64,000 nt of DNA from Raillietiella orientalis (lineage: Eukaryota): contig JAYWIR010000012.1 in the NCBI GenBank assembly GCA_036172245.1, positions 4,278,001 to 4,342,000 of the forward strand, written 5' to 3'. This document shows positions 46,299-59,160 of this stretch, piece after piece; the stretch's first letter is position 1; each line of letters starts with the position of its first letter. The notes beneath the pieces were generated by a model. The model searched no databases. It was not told where the DNA came from and was given only the letters and a program-made list of their open reading frames with translations. Both the position numbers and the translations under genes were made by a program.

Positions 46299-46994
46299 GA
46301 CTGGGGAGAGCTTTGGATGTTTCCGGGACCGGTGGCCCTGGCCGGGAGCAGCCGCGAGACGAGCAGGCGAAAGGAATGCGTGGGGCTAATGGTCTGCCGG
46401 ATTCTAGAGAGCACAGTCCAGGATCGTGATGAGAGAGGGAGAGCTCCTCCCAGGGGAACGGTCCGTGGCTGCTGCTGCTGCAGCGGAGCGAAAGGTAGAG
46501 GACCTCGTGCAATCTCCCGCGCGCGGTCCAGGTCGAGGGAATCTTCGGGAATGTGTCACGTCCCTTGGAGCATCGGGAAGCACCTGCGGCGGGATGCGGA
46601 CCCGCTTCGGCGTCCAGGAAGAACTTTAGCGCGGTCCTCATCCTCCTTGGTGCCTCGGGGTACCCTCACTCTCGGAAACTGCGAGTCCCTCTGGGCGCTG
46701 TCAGGGACCCCCGCGTCACTGGACGGTCGTGAAGCAAAGGAAAGCGCAATAAAGTCTGCGCCTTCCCCCAAGGATTCTCTTTGCACAGTGTCTCTCCTGA
46801 ATGCGCGGCCCTTGCGGTGGAACGCACTCGAGGCAGCTCCGGGGTCCAAGAACTCGCTCTCGCAGAGCAAGGTGAACCGACGCCTGACCGGCTCCCAGCC
46901 CTGCTCCAGTGGCGCAGTCGTCTTACCAGTCTTTCATTATTTCTTCGATAGAGGGTCGGTAAATAAAGAAATCTTTCCTCCTAAAAAAAAAAAA
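46299..46994 (+). mobile_element. Putative 5'-truncated non-LTR element joined to the U2 fragment
   Basis: Starts at the U2 breakpoint, has a Cys-rich stretch (GCCCCSG..KVEDL) weakly like an ORF2 zinc knuckle, and ends with AATAAA (46962-46967) and A12 (46983-46994). Confidence 0.4.
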
Positions 46995-49149
46995 GTCATT
47001 ACAGAGCCAACTGGGGTTCCACAGGGGATACACACGCACGAAGAACGGAACTGTTTGAGGTGCGCCGGAACCACAATCGATTGAACCCATGAAATCGATT
47101 AAGAACCGATGTCTCCATCAACAACAACCTGAGGGCGATTCGAGACTGGGAAGAGCAGTGGCTTGCACAGGTTGTCAAAGGGGGATCGTCACGAATGTCC
47201 CTAAATACGTATTTGGGCGTTTCCACCCCACGGGAAACTTCTGTGCACTCATCCACTGCCTTCAAGAAAGTGCTCGTCTTCTCCATCGCCTTGTTTGTTC
47301 TGATTTCCCCGAATGTTTGCTCTTAGCCGTGTCTTCGTTGCCTGTATTAACAGTGCGAGCTGTTGATCGCCTGCTTGCCATCTTTTCAGCGTTCACTTTT
47401 TCATCAACGTTTTTTTTTTTTTTCCTTTCCCCCAATTCTTCGGTCGCTCCCTCTTGTTTTCCTGTTTCTTTCGAAAATGTTGGATGTGCTACTTGAGTAG
47501 CCTTGAGATGTGCATTCCCTCCGCTTGTCCGTTTTGGGATGAATTAAAAATTAATAACTGATTGATGTTCCCTCCCCTCTTCGAGTTTATCGTGTCTTCG
47601 TGCTCAAGTTCTCACATGAGGAATTTTCATTTTTAGCTTCGCCGGGCGCCCTGTGCTTCGCTTTCTGCATGGCGCTACCACATTGCAGGATGTTTTCGTT
47701 TTTTTAATCTATTTACACACAACTTTATGCAAGGCAATCAATTTCGAAGATAAAAAATATGGAGCTGTTGAGGGGGGGGGAACACTGTCTCGAGAGTTTA
47801 AGTCCTCCTCGGAAATTGCGGAATTGAAACGTTCCCGTTAGTAATTGTTCATGCATACCATAAAGAACGAGTCGATTTCAACTAATAAACGGGACGAACA
47901 CTTAATAACATCACACTGTGCATGAAGGAACAGTAGAGGAGCAATAAAATGTATATTCATTAGGATGTGTGTCTGTGTTTTTTTCCCCTGCCCGTGAAGG
48001 ACACTGTACGTGGAAGAAGTGGAAAACTCTCATTATTATTTGAAATGGGAAGCAGTGGCTTTTCGTTTAAAAAACTATTCGTTTTGAAACATTCTATTCA
48101 AGACGATACTACTACTGTCTCTCGTGGCAACCGATGTTTACAGCCTATTTATAAAGCCTACTGGAAAGTCATTTGGCAACGCTGTTTGGTGCTTTCCGAT
48201 CGCCATGTGCGTAATAGGTGTAACAGGTGTCGGATTTGGATACAGACCTGAGATTCTTCCTTTTTTTGATCCGGAGCTTTTCCACCGAATGCATTTTTTC
48301 AAGGAATTTTTTTCGATTTGTATTGCAGGTATGGTTTTTCGATCTGACCTCTCCATCCTTTCGCTGGTCGCACAGAACGTCGATCTATGACGACGACAGA
48401 CTTCTCACACGGTTATCTAATGGGAAGTTAATGGCAAAACGTTTTAGATCAGTAGGCATCACAAAAATCCCTCATCGGGATACTGTACTTCGTCCCATTG
48501 GCTGTTCTCTGCATGTGATGTACATCCGAGGGAACCTAAGACGAGAGGGCGCACGACTCTGCGTTCAAAATGAAAGAAAATTCCATGGCAGAGATCGTCG
48601 TCCTTCCACGTGTCTTCTACGTGTTTGTTTTTTGTCCTTACGCTTTGGTGGAAGCAAAGACGATCTCCAGCATGGATCAACCGGTGTTATCGTATCCTGC
48701 GGGCTCCACACACAACCGCCTATGCATGGAATAGGACGGCGGAGTTGTCAAGGTTCTCAGTCGCCGAGACCTTCAAAGCCCTCAGTACTACTTTGAAGCA
48801 CCACTTTTAACCAAAAGATCATCAAGGGGGGGTCCGGAAATCTCGAAGAGGCACCGCTTTTTGGTTAGGTGCGGTTCCAAGGAAGAACCGGCCGGCGTGG
48901 CAAACGAAAACGCGGACTGTCTCTGCGATGGAGTCTGCCAGGGGCTTCACGTTCGAATCTTCTCCATCCTGTTCGGCGGGAGTCTAAATAGAGCGGATTT
49001 AAGGTTCGTCGTGCTTGCCGCAGGAAGAGGCTGAGCACGGCAACAGATCTTCTTCCGCTCTTTGAGGCCGCAGACGGGAATTCGGTTCAAATCGAAATGC
49101 TTGCCAAAAGTTGCAAAGTATCTTTTAGAGACTTTTTTTTTTTTTTTTT

Positions 49150-49360
49150 TTTGCCTTTAGATTTCAATCTTAGCTTTTCACATCAAGCAACGGGAGAAAG
49201 TTTTTCAAGAAAGTAATTTTCAGGTCCAATAAATTTTACATACCACTCCAGATTTCTGCTCCCGAAAGGATTTTACTGGTCAAGTGAATTCCCTCCTGAG
49301 AGACGTGGTGGAAGAAAAATTCCGGCCATAACTCATAAACACCAAAGTCGATTTTATTCT
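49150..49360 (-). mobile_element. Decayed Penelope-like element, GIY-YIG endonuclease start
   Basis: STTSLRREFT*PVKSFREQKSGVVCKIYW resembles the Penelope motif TLR..L...K......KSGVVYKI.C; multiple stops. Confidence 0.4.
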
Positions 49361-49395
49361 TCAAATTAGTCGTTTTGTCAAGTGGCTTTAGTAAT

Positions 49396-49444
<49 letters not shown>

Positions 49445-49849
49445 CCAGAAAGATTTCTTTTCATTACTGCGGCCAGTTGCATTCGCTGCTGCTGTCGTAA
49501 AAGTTTGAATATTGCTGATTCGTTTTCGAGTTTGAAAGTGAAGTGCAGGTGATCGTCGAAATCTCGGAAAGCGAAAGCGCCTTTCAGATTCACTTTTTTT
49601 TTCCTTTGGACCAATGTGCTTCCTTCCCCCAAACGGAAAGCGGTCTCTCGTATCCAGCGCGTCGATGCTCCGGCACGGAAGAAGCATCTGAAGAAGCACT
49701 GGCGTTGCAACGCCGGAGGAATTCCGTCGGGAAAAAAATCCCAGTGCACCTCCGCACCCCCACCCCGGAATCGCAGGGTCCCCGAACTATCTCAGAACTT
49801 CGGGATTCGCGTCCTTTGAGCCGTCCGCAGGTGCCGAATGACATTTGGT

Positions 49850-50200
49850 GCGAGGTAGGATGGGATCGGCATAGAGAGAGGGATGCCATGGCAACGTGGA
49901 GGTCACGTCTTCAAGGATGACTGCTTGCGTTGGTTGAAACGATTCCTCCCGAACGCAGTCTTGTTCTTGTGGCTGCTGATAGGATCGTCTTCAGTCGACC
50001 TCCTCGAAAACGCCTGTGCCCAATGCTGAAGATCCCAACAGCACAGAGGGGAACAGGGGTCCAGGTCCGCACTAGGTCCGGTCTCTGTCAGAAGAAACTG
50101 GTCCAGCTGTCCTTTGCGGCTGCGCCCGATTCGAGTAAGGATCTGGACTTTTCGCAGCAGTCACCTTCATTACCGGGAACGTACCTGAGAGCGAAACCGT
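49850..50200 (-). mobile_element. Decayed L1/Tx1-like RT N-terminal fragment
   Basis: KSPDP followed by PDLVRTWTPVPL...GRLKTIL resembles KSPGPD and ...NWRPI.L....RLK.IL. Confidence 0.4.
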
Positions 50201-50659
50201 CTTGGAAACCTTCGGTTGTCTCGGCGTGAGAGAACCGTCCAGGTTTGGGGAGGTTGCGGCGAAGCAGATTGTGCTCTCACGATCATCGACGGAAGCTCAT
50301 CCGGACGGAAACGTCTTTTGTATGCTTCTGCTACTTACACTCGACTGGGACACTTTGAGGAGACGGACTACGTCCTCGAATCCTATGAAAGCAGTCACGT
50401 CGCTGCGTCTGCGATTTCCTTTACTAAGAAAATCGTTCCCTGTTCCGTACATCTTCCCCTTCCTTATAGTGGGAGTACAGGCACGTGTGTGCACACCGTC
50501 GTGACAACACAGCAACGAGAACTTTCTTTTCTTTCCTTTGCTGGCTTAAAAAGCAGATGTTCGTACTGTTTATTATCCTCTTCGAAATACTCTCGGCCTT
50601 CCGCACAACGGTCTCTCATCTTTGTTTCCTGCCTCTCGTAGCTGTCGAAGTGATAACTC

Positions 50660-50936
50660 AGGAGAGCGGCCGTGTGCCTTCCTCTTTTCATTTCCCAAAC
50701 TGAAGCCCACATTCGGGAAGTCTTAGAAGAACGGTGACTGGTGTTCTCAGGTCTTACTGAAACGGACTTGGAAACTGTTACGAAATCTGGAAGCGAAGAT
50801 GGATGGTGCAGTCAGCCAGTTGCATAGGAGCTAAGGTAATGTTTTCAACAGGATAATGAATAGTCTTAAAGCCTATTGTGTGAGCTAATAAAAAAAAAAA
50901 AGAAAAGAAAAGTGTATTATTTTATTACACCTCGTA
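50660..50936 (+). mobile_element. Mariner transposon 3' remnant with right terminal inverted repeat
   Basis: PCAFLFSFPKLK matches mariner PCDFFLFPKLK. CYEIWKRRW...CIGAK matches CF..WK.RW..CI...G.YFE. It ends in CACCTCG-TA (reverse TA-CGAGGTG, a typical mariner TIR start plus TA target). No left TIR was seen. Confidence 0.6.
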
Positions 50937-50940
50937 TGCC

Positions 50941-50974
50941 CACTCTGATCTTAGCCAAAAGGCAGAGAAGAGAT
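50941..50974 (-). pseudogene. 3'-truncated U2 snRNA pseudogene fragment
   Basis: Minus strand ATCTCTTCTCTGCCTTTTGGCTAAGATCAGAGTG is U2 from nucleotide 1 with about 3 substitutions. Confidence 0.82.
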
Positions 50975-51959
50975 ACTACCCACTTCCGTTAACGTCACCT
51001 TCCTAAACCTTGGTAATCAGCTTCTTTTTCTCTCTGTGGATTTGCGCATTTCTTGTTCCGCGTAGTGGATGTGGTAGTCCTGCAGTTCCCGCGGTGCGAT
51101 GCTTATGCAAAAATTCCTCTTACATCCTGTAGTCGCAATAAGTAATGAATAGACCGAAGACAGCACCTGCGAACCCTCCAAGTGCGAAGGTTCCCGAGAT
51201 CACAGGCAGTTCCTGCCGTAAGGCTAAGTTCTGGTTCCTGATCCAGAGACCAGAAGCTTTCTCGGGAGACCCTGCTTGCCTTTTCCGATCCCTTGGCATC
51301 CAGTTTCGCCGAAGCGGTATCCAGGAGCCTCCACTTTCAGCGTGCCTGCTGATCGAGGCACCTAGCAGAAGAGCTGCACACGTCGAGTCCGGAGAGCGAT
51401 GACAGCAGCGACGTAGGGACTGATGACGCGTCCCACTGTGGGAGGATGCTCGAATAAAATTGCAGTCTGCCGATGCTGCCTATGTAGCGAGGAGAGCTCT
51501 TTTTCCGAGTGTTACTACCTATTGCTTAGTTAACGGAGCGTTAGACATGTCTCTCGTATATTCAGTGAGCCGTTACGTGCTGGATGCTTGCTTGCATAAT
51601 TCGGCGTCCTGGCAACGTCATGCGAGATACCTCGCATGAAAAATCGCTCCGTGTTTTTTTCATGGACGAAATCTGCGGAAGGCACCGCGTAAGACTTTTT
51701 GCTCGCTGTTCTCGCACTCGACCGTCGTCGACTGCCTCGTTCGCGCGCGTGCGCGTGAACGAGGGAGTGTCGCCGCTTCCGCTTTCTCCTTCTCAGGGTT
51801 GTGGGTTTTTTCCCCCAGAAGACGAGTCTCTCTCTCCCCTTCCCCAGAACTCAGTGAGCGCGGGCTTCTCGCGCACTCACTGCAAGAAGAGTTCCGATTC
51901 TTATCCATGCTGACAGCACGTTTTGCGGCAATGATACTGCTCAACATCTTCCCGCAGAA

Positions 51960-52400
51960 TCAGTGGCTATCCGCGTCTTATCCTTCTCTCCCTCTCTTTG
52001 ATTCTTGCTGTCGGGATCACGTAGGAGGATGAGGATGCTCTGCGCTTTTGTAAGCATCTCCTTGCTGTTCGTTCCATAGCTGGCGGTCGCAACAGTGGCA
52101 GCGTTGACCTTGACGATCCCTCATCGGACCTGATCCTGCACCCTGCTGTGGCGGAAACGGCGCCACCTCTCGGGAACGGGCGCTTCTTGCGGGCGTGCTG
52201 CCCCGGGCCAGCCACATCGTTAGCAGCTGTTTGCTGCCTTTGCGGTATCCTGGCGATCTGGAGCGCCGCCGAAAGACGGGGACGCCATTCGCCGTATGAG
52301 GATCACGACGAGAATCCCCATACAAGAGGAACTTACAAGGGGACCATACATGGGGACAGAGCGTCTCGTTCGCATCTCCGACCAAGCGTTCCTCGTGATG
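51960..52400 (-). mobile_element. Possible decayed L1/Tx1-like APE-endonuclease fragment
   Basis: KFLLYGDS and GDAYKSAEHPHPPT*SR resemble IL.GDFN and DAWR..HP....TW. It lies on the same strand as, and upstream of, the RT fragment at about 50 kb. Confidence 0.33.
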
Positions 52401-55400
52401 CAGGCGCACACAAGAACGCAGGTCTCCGGGAAATTCAGAACCGTCTCTGCTCGTCCCCTTCTCCCGCAAGAACGCACACGTGATCCCTCTGGCACCCTCC
52501 TGGAGCAGAAGGCTTCGCGGCGAGACTCCGCAACAGAATCGGGAAGCAAGAACTTCGTTTCTTCTCGAGGTCAGGGGAAGAGGGAGGGTGCCTGCACCGG
52601 CTGGAAGCGACGAGGGAAGGAGCCCAGTCGAAAGCGAGCGAGAGAATCGCTGTTGTTTGGGAGGGTAAGAACGTCTTCATCCCGAGAATAAGTAGCTGAA
52701 CGAATGGGGGAGGGGCTGCTGGAAAGGAGATAGGACTAGGACCCCTCCTCCAGTCTCAAGCTCATGGCTGTCTTCGATCGGCTCACCCCACGAGCTCCCA
52801 TTCGCGACCCCACATCCACCTGCTCTCTTGTCGGAGGTGCTCCAAGTTTCCGAGCGACGTCGAGCGCTCACGTATGAAAGAGGCGAGGGAGGAGAAAAAC
52901 GGGAAGGGGTGGATGGAGGGAAAAATGGAGAGGGAATCGTGGAATTGGGTGGAGCTGGAGGTGGCGAAGGATGGGTGGAGTGGGTAGGTGGGTGCTTCCT
53001 GTCTGGCGAGGAGCTCCTCCATCCCTCTTTTTCCCGAAATCCCTCTCCAAGGCTTCTGGGTGCTCCTGTCCCGCGCACTCGCGCCACGCTTCCTTCTCTT
53101 CCCTGAGTTGTCCTGGATCCAGGCTGACACCCGTCTCCTTCCGCCGCACTTTCTCCCCAGCGCCACGGATTCCCGCTGTTTTCAGCCGTCCATGATGGCG
53201 CCTCGGTAAACCCCATGAGCTACGATGTCGCCTCTGCGCGACGTTCCTGGCGTTCGGGAACGCCGCCGCAGGTTTCAAAACGGACCCAGGGATGGGAGGG
53301 AGTAGGTTCTCCTCCCATTCTCACTGCGGTCGAAATCCGGAGCTGAGAGGAGCTGCCGTGACAGCTGCGCTCCCTGGGTGCGTTCCCGGGAGATGCTTGC
53401 ATCCGGAAAGGGCTCTTCAGGCATTGCCTCCTAGAATACCCCGGGTCAATTTGCCACCAACGCCCTTCTTCTGGCCGCCGTGGCATCCGACTTCTGGGCT
53501 GTTCCCTCCTCTACTCGCCCCCGTCCCTCCCTCCCTTCGCGGTTGCTTCGGATACTGCGGGGCAGGAAGAGGATGCGCGCCGCCGCCTGCGTCCTTCCTC
53601 CTTCTCCCTCTGCAGCAACCCTTCGTTCCTCCCCTGTTCGGCGCTGTTCCCGGCTCTGGACAGCTTCCCGTGAAGCCAAAGAGCGGGCGTGGCGTTCTTA
53701 GTGTGTGCCTGGATGCTGGGCGGCGCCCGGGAGCGTTTCCGAATTCCTGACTTCTCTGCTCGGCTGGGAGTTTCACGTGGTACGATGGCCACTGCGTTCT
53801 TCGCGGAGAGAGGAGGTCGCGTGAGCAGACAAGCCTGTTACCCTAGCGTTTCCAGGGTAACGTATCTTTCAGCTTTTTTTCCCTTTCTTTCTTGCTCTCC
53901 CTCCTCATCCTATCGCGCTCTTTTCCCTTCGAAGAACGGATGTGAGATCACGCGCCTTGTCTCCCTTCCCCCTCCCCCTCCTCCCTCTCGCGAAATTCCC
54001 CGGGGCTTTCTCGACCGTCGGGACTTTCCTTTTCGCGAGAGCAAAAATTTTAATGGTCACGTTCGCTCACGCAGCGGGCCGCGGTCTCCTAGGCAACCTC
54101 TCGGCGGCGGCCACCCTTTTGTTCCCGCTGCTGCTTCGAACCGTCGTGACGAAAGAGCCTGTTGTTGAGGCAGCAGAGACGGCCGATTCCGAGGCGGCGC
54201 TCGCGCTCGGGCGGGCGCCACGAAAGACCGCGCCTCCCTGTCACATCTTCGGAACCGCTGCCTCCCCTTCCTGCCCCGTCTTGCGTTGGGTCCCCATCCC
54301 CGTCCCGAAGAAACGCGGACGCGGGGCCAAACGGGCCTCTGGGACCCTTGAGAGGGCCTCACTGCCGCCAGGGCTTCCCCACTGCTCGGCGCACCTGTCC
54401 CGTCGCACGAAGGGGAGCGTCGCCGCCGCCGCAGAGTCTCCCCTCCTCCCGCATCCCTTCGCTCCTTTCCTGCCGAAGGGAAGAAGGCAGTAAAGGCGGA
54501 TGCCGCTCCAGACCGGGAAGGGAGGGAGAGATCAGCCGCTCGCGCGGGGTTGCATGCGCGCTTTCGGCAGGAGGGAGCACCCCGGGCCTCATATTCCCTG
54601 TTCCTCGCTCTTGGCCCTTTGGCTGCTGCCCCTACTCCAGTCCGCGGATCACGGAGCTTGGAACCGGCCCTTGGATGAGGAAGCTCGCGGGGTAGCAAAC
54701 GCTTTCTGAGAAGAGAGGTCTCCGGGACAAAAACGGCGGGAGCGTCGCCGTGCGCTGTAGGAAGGGGGAAGACGCCACCGCACGTGGGCCGAGTGGACGA
54801 CGGGGGGAGGGGAAGGGGACCGGGAAAAAACGACGCACAGGGGTGAAACCTTCCCTCTCCCCTCGTTTCGTTTCCCGGAGGGCTCTCCTGGTCGCTGGAA
54901 ATCCTAGGGCGCCTCGGAGCCCTATGCCGCGCTCTTCTTACACACCCATACCACTGCAAGATCTAGTTTACAGCTTCTTCGGAGGGCACCCCCGCGTTCC
55001 CCTTCCTTCAGTCAGCCTGTTTGCTGCGGTTTCCTCCTCCCGTCCTGATCAGCTCGGGAGGCTGCAAGGGGCACGTCGAAATGTTTCCGGAGGGACGCAC
55101 CCTCTGCAGCCATCGCAAAAGAAAGAAGGAATGAATTGCCACCCTGTGCCCCGCCGCCTCACGGCGAGGGCGCAGGCGCGCCTCCTCTTCCTCTGCCTAT
55201 CTTCTACCTCCTCTTCCTGCTCCTCCTCTTTCCTTCCTCTCTCCCTCTTCCTCCTTTCTTCTCTCTTCCTTCCTCCTCTTTTCCTCCTCCCTTCCTCTTC
55301 TTCTTTACCTTCTTGCCCTCTTTTTCCCCTTTCCTCCTCCTGTTCCTCTCACCCGGCCATCCCGAAAGAAAGGAAGGAAAGGAGGCTGTAGAGGATGCAG

Positions 55401-58400
55401 GATACATCCTTCAGACAACCTTTTGACGTGCCCCTTGCGGGGACCAGTCGCGCTCGCTCTCGCCTCCCTCGGGCGGAAGTCGTCGCTGCGAGTGAGATTC
55501 CTGCGCATGCGCGCCCGTGACGGGGGACGCCGTCTGCCCAAGCGGAGGTGCGGCAGGTGCGAGAGATAGCTGAGGGGCTCCTTTTGTTTTCCAGGCGGGA
55601 AGTGGGGTCTTCGCATTCCAGGGGGACGGGTGTTGACGAGATGGGAGGGGGACGGCCAAAATATAGGAATACCCCCCCCCCCCATCCCCTCGCGTTCTCC
55701 ATGCGGCTCGAAACGGCGATTTTCGGGGAGCTCCGAGCCAGTGGCAATGGCGGCGCGCGTACCCCGGCCTTCTTCAGCAGAGACGGTGACGCCATCAGAG
55801 GGTCACTCAGTAAGAAACGAGGGAAGGAGTGAGGAAGGAGGGGTTGGAGGAATCCTTCCGTTTACTCTTCCTTCTTCAATTCTCCAGATTTTCTCCGGGA
55901 GCTTCCTGAGCGCGCGAGCGTAGGAGCTGGGGGAGAGCAGTAAGTGCCCTCCCTCCCTGCCTCTTTCAGCGGGGAGTGGCTGGTGGTTTCTTCCGCCTGT
56001 CCTCGCCGCCGCCGCCCCCGCGACCGTCACCCAAGTGGGCCATCGTTCCGGGACCCTGCTCGTGGGGGGGGGGGAGCTCCTCTCGGCGTGTCCCCGGTGA
56101 TCCACGCGCGTTTCCGGTACCTACGGCCTCTCTCCGAGCGCGCGCGCCGCTCCCAGCCCCCTGGATGCGATGTCCGAGGGCGGCCTCTCCCTGTGTTCAT
56201 CCCTCCCGATCTCGGGTGAGGGCAGAGACGCGAGGAAGTCCCCGCCTTGCCTTTTTTTCTTGCTGCCTGTGCTGGGCAGGAGCCAGTAGCACCTCGCACT
56301 CCCGGGCAAGGACAGTAGCTCAGCGAGCGGCCAAAGGGGAGGAGGGGAGCTCGTCCTGACGTCGCTCAAGAAGCGGGGGCGGCGTGGCGGCGCTCACCTC
56401 TTCCGGAGGGGAAAAAGGAAGATCCCTCGCCTGCCTTCCCGGTCCTTTCCTCGACTCCAGCCCAGGAAAGGGTGGGCGGCTTCCAGGAGTACTTTTCGAC
56501 AGATTCCGGACGCATCCGTGAGCGCCGGACGCGACCGCACCGTCGGCTCCGCTCCTCCCTTGAGGGAGGAACCCCACAGACCCGGAGAGAATTCCCGGAA
56601 GGGACCCAGGGCAGGCGAGCACGGGCCCCTTCCCCCAGGTCTTTCACTTCACTCCTTTACTTGAGGTCCTTCTCCCCCCGAGTCGCGTCTTTGCTGCGGC
56701 TGCTGCGCTGCATCTGCCCGCTGTCGACACCTTCCGGTTTTCCTCTCCCCCTTCTCCTCCCCTGTACCCTTCTTTCTTTCTTCCCCTCCATCCTTTTCCA
56801 CCCGAGATAAGGGCGGAGGTTGTGGCAATTGCCTCAGGTAGAAACGCACGCTCTCGTGAGGTGGTGGGGTGGGGGAGGAACCGTCGCAGAGTCCTGAGGA
56901 AGCTGGGAGCATAAGGGCGTGCACCGAACCCAGGGAAGGAGATGTGCGCGCCTACTGACCCCCAGAAAGAGGGAGAGGGTAAACTGGAGTCTCTCTCTGT
57001 GACCCATTTTTTTTTTCTCCGCGGGCAGGGAGCAGAACTCCTCCTCCGCCAGTGACTTCCCTACTCGCGATCGCTAGGGGCGGCCGGGTCCACATGCTGG
57101 GAAAGGGGGTGGGTGGGGAGAGCACCCCCTGCCCCCGTCGCAGGCTCCCGCCACCCCGTTCCCGCGAAGCGTTCCGCGTTTCCAGGGGAGCGCGTCACTC
57201 CCCTCTCCCCTCCGCTTCCCGCCCTGCTCCCATTGGCCACCGTTGCCTCCAGAGAAGCAGGATTCCCCCATCGCGATCCTTCCCACCCCATTGTCGCGGG
57301 GGAAAGGAACGAACGAGGGCAGGGAAAGGTCATTCGGGAATGCCCTCCTTCACTTCTTTCCTTCTCTCGGGGAGCTATCGCTGCAGCTGCGGTCCAGCAC
57401 TCGGAAGCAGATGAGAGCGTCATGAATCGTCTCCTCTCCTCCCTCCTCTTTCTTCTTCGCTCCTTCTCCTCTTCCCTTCCTCCTCCTCCTTCCTTCCCCT
57501 TCCCTTCTCCCTCCTTCCCTCCTCTTCCTTGAAGGGGTGGCAAGTCGAGCGGTCAGCAGGTTGCCCAGCAGCAGGCAAGATTTGCCGGACCCTGCAGCTG
57601 GGAGCCGACCGCGGTCCGCCAGGCCGAGAGGTGTGCTGAGGCTGTTGTCGTGGAAGCCGAGCCAGCTCTCCTCACCCTTCTCCTGCGCTGTGGTCTTCCT
57701 CCCGCTGCCCCTTGCATGGGAGCGCGTCGGAGGGGACCGCGTTCTTCCTCTTCCTGTTCTTTCTTTCCTTTCTCTCTCCCTTGCACTTCCTTCTCCTCCT
57801 CCTCCTCCTCGAGCAGGAAGTTACAGTGAAGAAGGGAGGCTGATCTCCTCCTCTCGAGAGAGTCCGTCCTCTGCGGTGCACATGGCAACGGGCCCTTTCT
57901 CCTCGTGCGGTGGTCCCGTACTCTCCTGATGCGGTCCCGTCGCATCTGGAGGAAGGGGGCGGAGGGAAGGGTGGTGCACGCTCGAGGACCCTTGGCTCTT
58001 TTCAGCCCCACTCCTCTCAGCCGCGAGCCCCGATCCTCCCTGACCCTTCGGTGATCCCCAAGTCACACGGACGATGAAGGCTCAGCAGCAGCAACTGCAG
58101 AGGTGCATGGGGGATAGGGGTGGGAAGGGGGCGTGACTTCAGGATCCCCAAATTTCCTGGAGACCGCCGTGTCCACAAATCCCTACAGCTGTGTCCGGGT
58201 CGCCCCCCTTACCCCTCCCCCGTCCTCCCAGGATAAATATAGCCCTCCAGAGGTCCCGTTCGCCTCAGGGGCTATCAATTATTCGGCGCTTCCCTGATGA
58301 CGTCATCTGACAACACCCAATTTAGTCTCTGCCGCGTTCCGGGACTCCGCGCGCGCGTCGCCAAGGAGTGCCACTCTTTGGCTCCTTCCCAAAGCTCCCT

Positions 58401-58954
58401 CCTGCCCTTTCAGCGCGTTCCTCGGGCGAACGAGTTTCGCAGACAGAAGGGACAGGGTCCCCCTCCCTCCTGCCCGCTCTCCCGATGTCGGGAAGGAAGT
58501 GTGGCGCTTCTCCCTCCCGTTCTCCCTATCCCAGTCACCGTCCAGGAAACCTCGGATCCGGGAAAGCGGCATTCTGGGGTTAACGATCGGTCCTCCGCCC
58601 TCGGTGAGGAGGGGAGTGGAGGCGTTCCGAGCGCCTGTAACTTCCGGCAAGCCTTCGCCACCCACCCGCCGCCTTGCGCGCGGTCCTCGCTGGAGCACCA
58701 CGCGCCCCCAGGTGCACGCGCAGTGAGGGTGCTTCCGCGGAGCGCTCTTGACCGCCTGTCCCAGGAGGCACTCGGAGGAGACGGGGCCGGACTTCTTGTC
58801 CAGAAGGATGCGCTCCGAGTCTGGGTGCTCACGGGCGAAAGGGACGGCGCGTTTCGCCTGCTCTCGCACCCGTCCGCCGGGAAGGCGCCCTCCTGGTCGG
58901 GCACAGAGACATCACTCTGACCTCGGTCCTGCACATACCCCTTCCTTCCCAGGA

Positions 58955-59160
58955 GGAGGAAGAGAGGAGGAAGTGTAAGGGAGAGAGAAAGAAGGAAGAA
59001 GAAGAAGAGGAGGAGGAATAGGAAGGGAAGAGGAGGAGGGGAAAAGAGAAAAAGGAAATGGGGAGGAGTAATCTTTGGGATTCATTGCCTCTTCCTGTTC
59101 TCCTCCTCCTCCTCTTCTTTCCTTCCTGTTTTTCCTCCTCCTCCTCCTCCTCCTCATCGA
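58955..59160. repeat. Polypurine tract followed by a polypyrimidine tract (low complexity)
   Basis: (GA)-rich about 58955-59070, then (CT)-rich about 59085-59155. Similar tracts lie at 55180-55350, 57430-57530 and 61220-61450. Confidence 0.8.

Noticed and set aside
48940..48965. GTTCGAATC B-box suggesting a tRNA or SINE
   Set aside because: No A-box at suitable spacing and no cloverleaf stems.
48100..49000. Penelope RT-like (TKIPHRDTVLRPI, LPFFD) and Gypsy RT-like (SPWQTP, PLDDLL) words
   Set aside because: The matches are short, on conflicting strands or in the wrong order; probably TE-derived but not assignable.
51405..51490. Hammerhead ribozyme (CTGATGA with flanking complementarity); also CTGATGA on the minus strand at about 39-45 and 32711-32717
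   Set aside because: The required GAAA after stem II and a stem III with the NUH cleavage site are missing in each case.
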